Notes under the pieces: generated by a model
What the model saw: the letters and a program-made list of their open reading frames with translations, nothing else
What the model was told of the DNA's origin: nothing
Database searches by the model: none
Source of the DNA: Clostridiales bacterium
Lineage (GTDB): Bacteria > Bacillota > Clostridia > Christensenellales > CAG-314
Assembly (NCBI GenBank): GCA_022508375.1
Contig: JAFLVJ010000005.1
Coordinates: 5,004-69,003 of the forward strand
Reading direction: 5' to 3'
DNA: 64,000 bases
Position numbers and translations under genes: made by a program
Shown: one piece after another, positions 60,652 through 64,000 of the stretch
Layout of the letters: each line of letters begins with the position of its first letter
How positions within the stretch are numbered: the stretch's first letter is position 1

Positions 60652-63227
60652 AGCTGCACCGCCTCAGTGACCGTGTAGCCTGCAGTATCAACGGCTTTTT
60701 TCAGCGCGTCAACCTTTACCTTATCCTTGACTTCCACAGTTGCGCTCTTGTCTTCGAGACTAACCGCAACGCTGAGCACTCCGCGTGTGTCGCGCAATGC
60801 CTTTTCCACGCGTCCCGTGCAATGTCCACACATCATTCCGTCAATTTTAAGTAAGTATTTCATAGTTGCCTCCTTTGACTTATCTGTTTGATTTAGTTGT
60901 TGCTCTATTGATAGTTCCGTGCTTGTTTGCTTAGCTTCCAACGACTTTGTCGCACGTACCTTTTTCGGTTTGTAGATATTTCCCAAATTCAATCGCAATG
61001 CGTTCATTACTACGCAGAAACTTGACAGACTCATTGCAGCCGCTCCAAACATAGGATTAAGCGTTAGCCCGAGGGATACGAATACTCCCGCTGCAAGCGG
61101 TATGCCAAGCGCATTGTATATAAATGCCCAAAACAAGTTTTCATAAATATTGCGCAAGGTGGAACGGCTTAGTCGAATAGCCGCCGGCACGTCCAAAAGA
61201 TTGCTTTTCATCAGCACAACGTCTGCCGCGTCAATGGCGACGTCAGTACCTGCGCCGATTGCCATACCAATGTCGGCAGTTGTCAATGCAGGCGCGTCAT
61301 TGATACCGTCGCCCACCATTACAACTTTTCCCTTGGATTTCAAGTTTCTGACAATGCTTTCCTTACCGTCGGGCAGTACCCCGGCTATAACCTCATCTAC
61401 ACCTGCCTGTTTGCCAATTGCCTGCGCCGTCCTTTCGTTATCACCTGTAAGCATGACAACATGAATACCCATAGCCTGAAGTTGCGATATAGCCTTGGGA
61501 CTGTCCGCTTTGATAACGTCTGCTACGGCGATGATTCCGCAAAGCTTGCCGTCACGGCAAAAGTACAGTGGAGTCTTGCCCATTTCCGCAAGTTCTTCCG
61601 CTTTAATCTTGATTAACTCGTCAATATTTGCTTGAGTACTGATAAAGGAATAGTTTCCGCCGCAAACGACGCTATTGTCGAGTTTAGCTGTTAATCCATT
61701 ACCTGTAAGCGTGTTAAACTCCGTAACTTGCTCCAAACTGACATTGCGCTCTTGCGCTTTTTGTATTATTGCGCGCGCAAGAGGATGCTCACTTTTGTAT
61801 TCCAACGCGTATGCCAATTGCAACAAGTCTTGCTCCGACGTGTCAACGGGAATGATATCCGTGACCCGTGGTTGTCCTTCGGTTATGGTTCCGGTCTTGT
61901 CCAATACAACGTATTTGGCTTTGCCTGTTTGCTCAAGCGACACCGCCGTCTTAAATAAAATACCGTTTTTTGCTCCTTTACCGTTACCAACCATGACCGC
62001 AACAGGCGTCGCAAGGCCCAATGCGCACGGACAACTGATTACAAGCACGGATATCGCTCTGGCAAGAGAATAGCCAACCGTTTGCCCAATTGCCAACCAA
62101 ACTACAAATGTTACAAGGGCAATCGCCATAACAGTCGGAACAAAAACACCCGAAACTTTATCCGCAACTTTTGCTATAGGCGCCTTGCTTGCCGCAGCGT
62201 CGCTTACCATCTGAATGATTTGCGACAGGGTTGTATCTTCACCCACTCGGGTTGCCTCGCAACGGATGAATCCCGATTGATTGAGTGTACCCGCCGAAAC
62301 GGTACAGCCAACGGTCTTGTCCACAGGGATACTTTCTCCGGTGAGCGTTGATTCGTCCACCGCACTGCTACCTTCGATAACCACGCCATCCACAGGGATA
62401 CTTTCTCCGGGGCGCACCACATACACGTCACCCCTTTTTACCTGTTCGATGGGAACGGTAACTTCTTCGCCGTCAATTACTACTACAGCAGTTTTAGGTG
62501 CGAGTTTCATGAGTCCCTTCAACGCGTTTGTTGTTTTACCCTTGGAACGCGCTTCCAGCATTTTACCGAGTGTAATAAGCGTTAAAATAGTTGCGGCGGA
62601 TTCAAAGTAAAACTCATCCATGTACATCATGACCGATTCGTGGTTGCCTTTTACTTGCGCATCCGTCATCAAAAACAGCGCCACCGTGCTGTACACAAAT
62701 GCAGCCGTTGCTCCAAGCGCCACCAAAGCGTCCATATTGGGAGCACGTCGCCACAGACTTTTGAAGCCGTTCACAAAAAACCTTTGGTTTATTACCATGA
62801 TTATTGCCGAAAGAATCAACTGAACAAGTCCCATCGCAACGTGATTGTCAGCCAAAAACGACGGCAACGGCCACCCCCACATCATATGCCCCATTGACAC
62901 GTACATCAACAGCAACAAAAACACTAACGAAACAATAAAACAGCGCAACAGCTTGGGCGTTTCCCTATCAATTAACCCTTCATCACTTGTGGCAGATACT
63001 GTATTGTTACCCGTTTGACTCTTTACTTTCGCATCGTACCCGGCATTCTTTACAGCTGTGACAATGGAATCAACGTTTGTCTTGCTTTCATCAAACTCCA
63101 CCGCCATACTGTTGGTTAACAAATTAACGGATACTGTTGTAACGCCGCTTAACTTTTTGACTGCGTTTTCAACGTGCGACGAACAAGCCGCGCACGTCAT
63201 TCCCATAACGTCAAACTTTGCTTTCAT
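60648..63227 (-). CDS. copA: Cu(I)-translocating P1B ATPase with N- and C-terminal HMA domains
   Basis: [29 protein letters not shown]; C-terminal GMMCGHC; start trimmed to MKAKFD behind AAGGAG. Confidence 0.95.
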   Translation of the reverse strand: MKAKFDVMGMTCAACSSHVENAVKKLSGVTTVSVNLLTNSMAVEFDESKTNVDSIVTAVKNAGYDAKVKSQTGNNTVSATSDEGLIDRETPKLLRCFIVSLVFLLLLMYVSMGHMMWGWPLPSFLADNHVAMGLVQLILSAIIMVINQRFFVNGFKSLWRRAPNMDALVALGATAAFVYSTVALFLMTDAQVKGNHESVMMYMDEFYFESAATILTLITLGKMLEARSKGKTTNALKGLMKLAPKTAVVVIDGEEVTVPIEQVKRGDVYVVRPGESIPVDGVVIEGSSAVDESTLTGESIPVDKTVGCTVSAGTLNQSGFIRCEATRVGEDTTLSQIIQMVSDAAASKAPIAKVADKVSGVFVPTVMAIALVTFVVWLAIGQTVGYSLARAISVLVISCPCALGLATPVAVMVGNGKGAKNGILFKTAVSLEQTGKAKYVVLDKTGTITEGQPRVTDIIPVDTSEQDLLQLAYALEYKSEHPLARAIIQKAQERNVSLEQVTEFNTLTGNGLTAKLDNSVVCGGNYSFISTQANIDELIKIKAEELAEMGKTPLYFCRDGKLCGIIAVADVIKADSPKAISQLQAMGIHVVMLTGDNERTAQAIGKQAGVDEVIAGVLPDGKESIVRNLKSKGKVVMVGDGINDAPALTTADIGMAIGAGTDVAIDAADVVLMKSNLLDVPAAIRLSRSTLRNIYENLFWAFIYNALGIPLAAGVFVSLGLTLNPMFGAAAMSLSSFCVVMNALRLNLGNIYKPKKVRATKSLEAKQTSTELSIEQQLNQTDKSKEATMKYLLKIDGMMCGHCTGRVEKALRDTRGVLSVAVSLEDKSATVEVKDKVKVDALKKAVDTAGYTVTEAVQL

Positions 63228-63328
63228 TATTATTACTCCTTTCTCTACACATTTGTGTATAGAAACACACATCAACGAGGGTGTCCACCACAAAACAATC
63301 TACAACAAAGAGACGCCGTTTTGTGTGT

Positions 63329-63368
63329 AATACACGAGCGACACCACCCCCACCCAGTGTATGTGTAT
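63329..63368. promoter_or_regulatory. possible CsoR operator (C/G tract with ATAC/GTAT flanks)
   Basis: ATACAC...CACCACCCCCACCCAGTGTAT upstream of copA; CsoR operators carry G/C tracts. Confidence 0.35.
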
Positions 63369-63522
63369 TATACATCTTATTATGCTCAAATGCAAGTAAA
63401 AATAAACATTTTATTTCGATACACGAGTTTATATAAATAGCATTGAAAATAAACATAAAAAACAAGTCGCGTTTGCTTGACTTGCGTTCGACAAAGATTT
63501 ACAATTTTTCGCGGTAAAAATT

Positions 63523-64000
63523 ATGGCTACAAGTGTTAATTCACATCAACATAAACATCACTTTCACGTGGGTGCATTTGTCAAGAAATACGCAATGCCT
63601 ATCATTGCCGTCACTTTGGCGCTGATAACTTGCATTTTTGTGCCGTTTGACAAGGCGTATCTTGGATATTTCGACCTATCTACGCTTGCAACGTTATTTT
63701 GCACGCTTGCAGTTGTATCCGCATTTAAAAACATACGATTTTTTACTTGGCTTGCCAAGAAAATTGTTTTAAAATTCGGCAATCTGCGCAATACCGTATT
63801 CGCGCTTGTGTTTGTGACCTACTTCGGCTCCATGGTAATGGCAAACGATATGGCGCTGATTACTTTTTTACCACTAGGCTACGTTGCGTTGGACAGCTGT
63901 AACAGACGGGACAAAATGCCTATCGTTTTCGTAATGCAAAACGTCGCGGCAAATCTTGGAGGTATGTTAACGCCATTTGGCAATCCGCAAAACATATATC
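63523..64000 (+). CDS. ArsB/NhaD/SLC13-type ion transporter, truncated at window edge (not in ORF track)
   Basis: Open frame MATSVNSHQHKHHFH...SMVMANDMALITFLP...AANLGGMLTPFGNPQN. Confidence 0.85.
   Translation, partial: MATSVNSHQHKHHFHVGAFVKKYAMPIIAVTLALITCIFVPFDKAYLGYFDLSTLATLFCTLAVVSAFKNIRFFTWLAKKIVLKFGNLRNTVFALVFVTYFGSMVMANDMALITFLPLGYVALDSCNRRDKMPIVFVMQNVAANLGGMLTPFGNPQNIY

Noticed and set aside
62320-62410. Direct repeat of about 22 bp (TCCACAGGGATACTTTCTCCGG) inside copA
   Set aside because: It encodes the two GESIPVD-like actuator-domain motifs of P1B ATPases; no sign of mobility.
63564-63791. 75-aa minus ORF near the window end
   Set aside because: Antisense to the plus-strand transporter frame, which carries clear family motifs.

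Overview
Mostly core chromosome of a spore-forming Clostridia-type (Bacillota) bacterium, almost all on the minus strand. Blocks in order: recJ and a lone SecD/SecF-like gene; yajC-tgt-queA-ruvBAC-yebC; infC-rpmI-rplT with an L20 leader and ATT start; thrS with a Thr T-box; lipid/glycolipid genes; asnS and the dcw cluster (mraZ to ftsZ, no murF/murG here); an atypical spo0A; mgtE with an M-box riboswitch; a CbbX/SpoVK-type AAA ATPase; a BclA-like collagen protein; cadC-HMA-cadA and a CDF; a heterodimeric ABC exporter; the yqfC-yqfD-phoH-7TM/HD-ybeY-era-yqzL-recO operon; and copA-csoR. I saw no rRNA, tRNA, CRISPR, transposase or phage genes. Most notable observations: (1) Spo0A has Glu instead of the phospho-acceptor Asp and no acidic pocket; (2) a strong in-frame internal RBS+ATG in copA could release a CopZ-like chaperone; (3) an SD-ATG-TAA start-stop element and terminator precede the ABC exporter; (4) several genes look leaderless (-10 box, 5-6 nt, ATG); (5) the SecD/F-like protein lacks the conserved Asp, and the SCIFF genes usually found nearby are replaced by a small structured unit; (6) two inverted-repeat-bounded intergenic elements. 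All calls are from reading the sequence; no searches were run.
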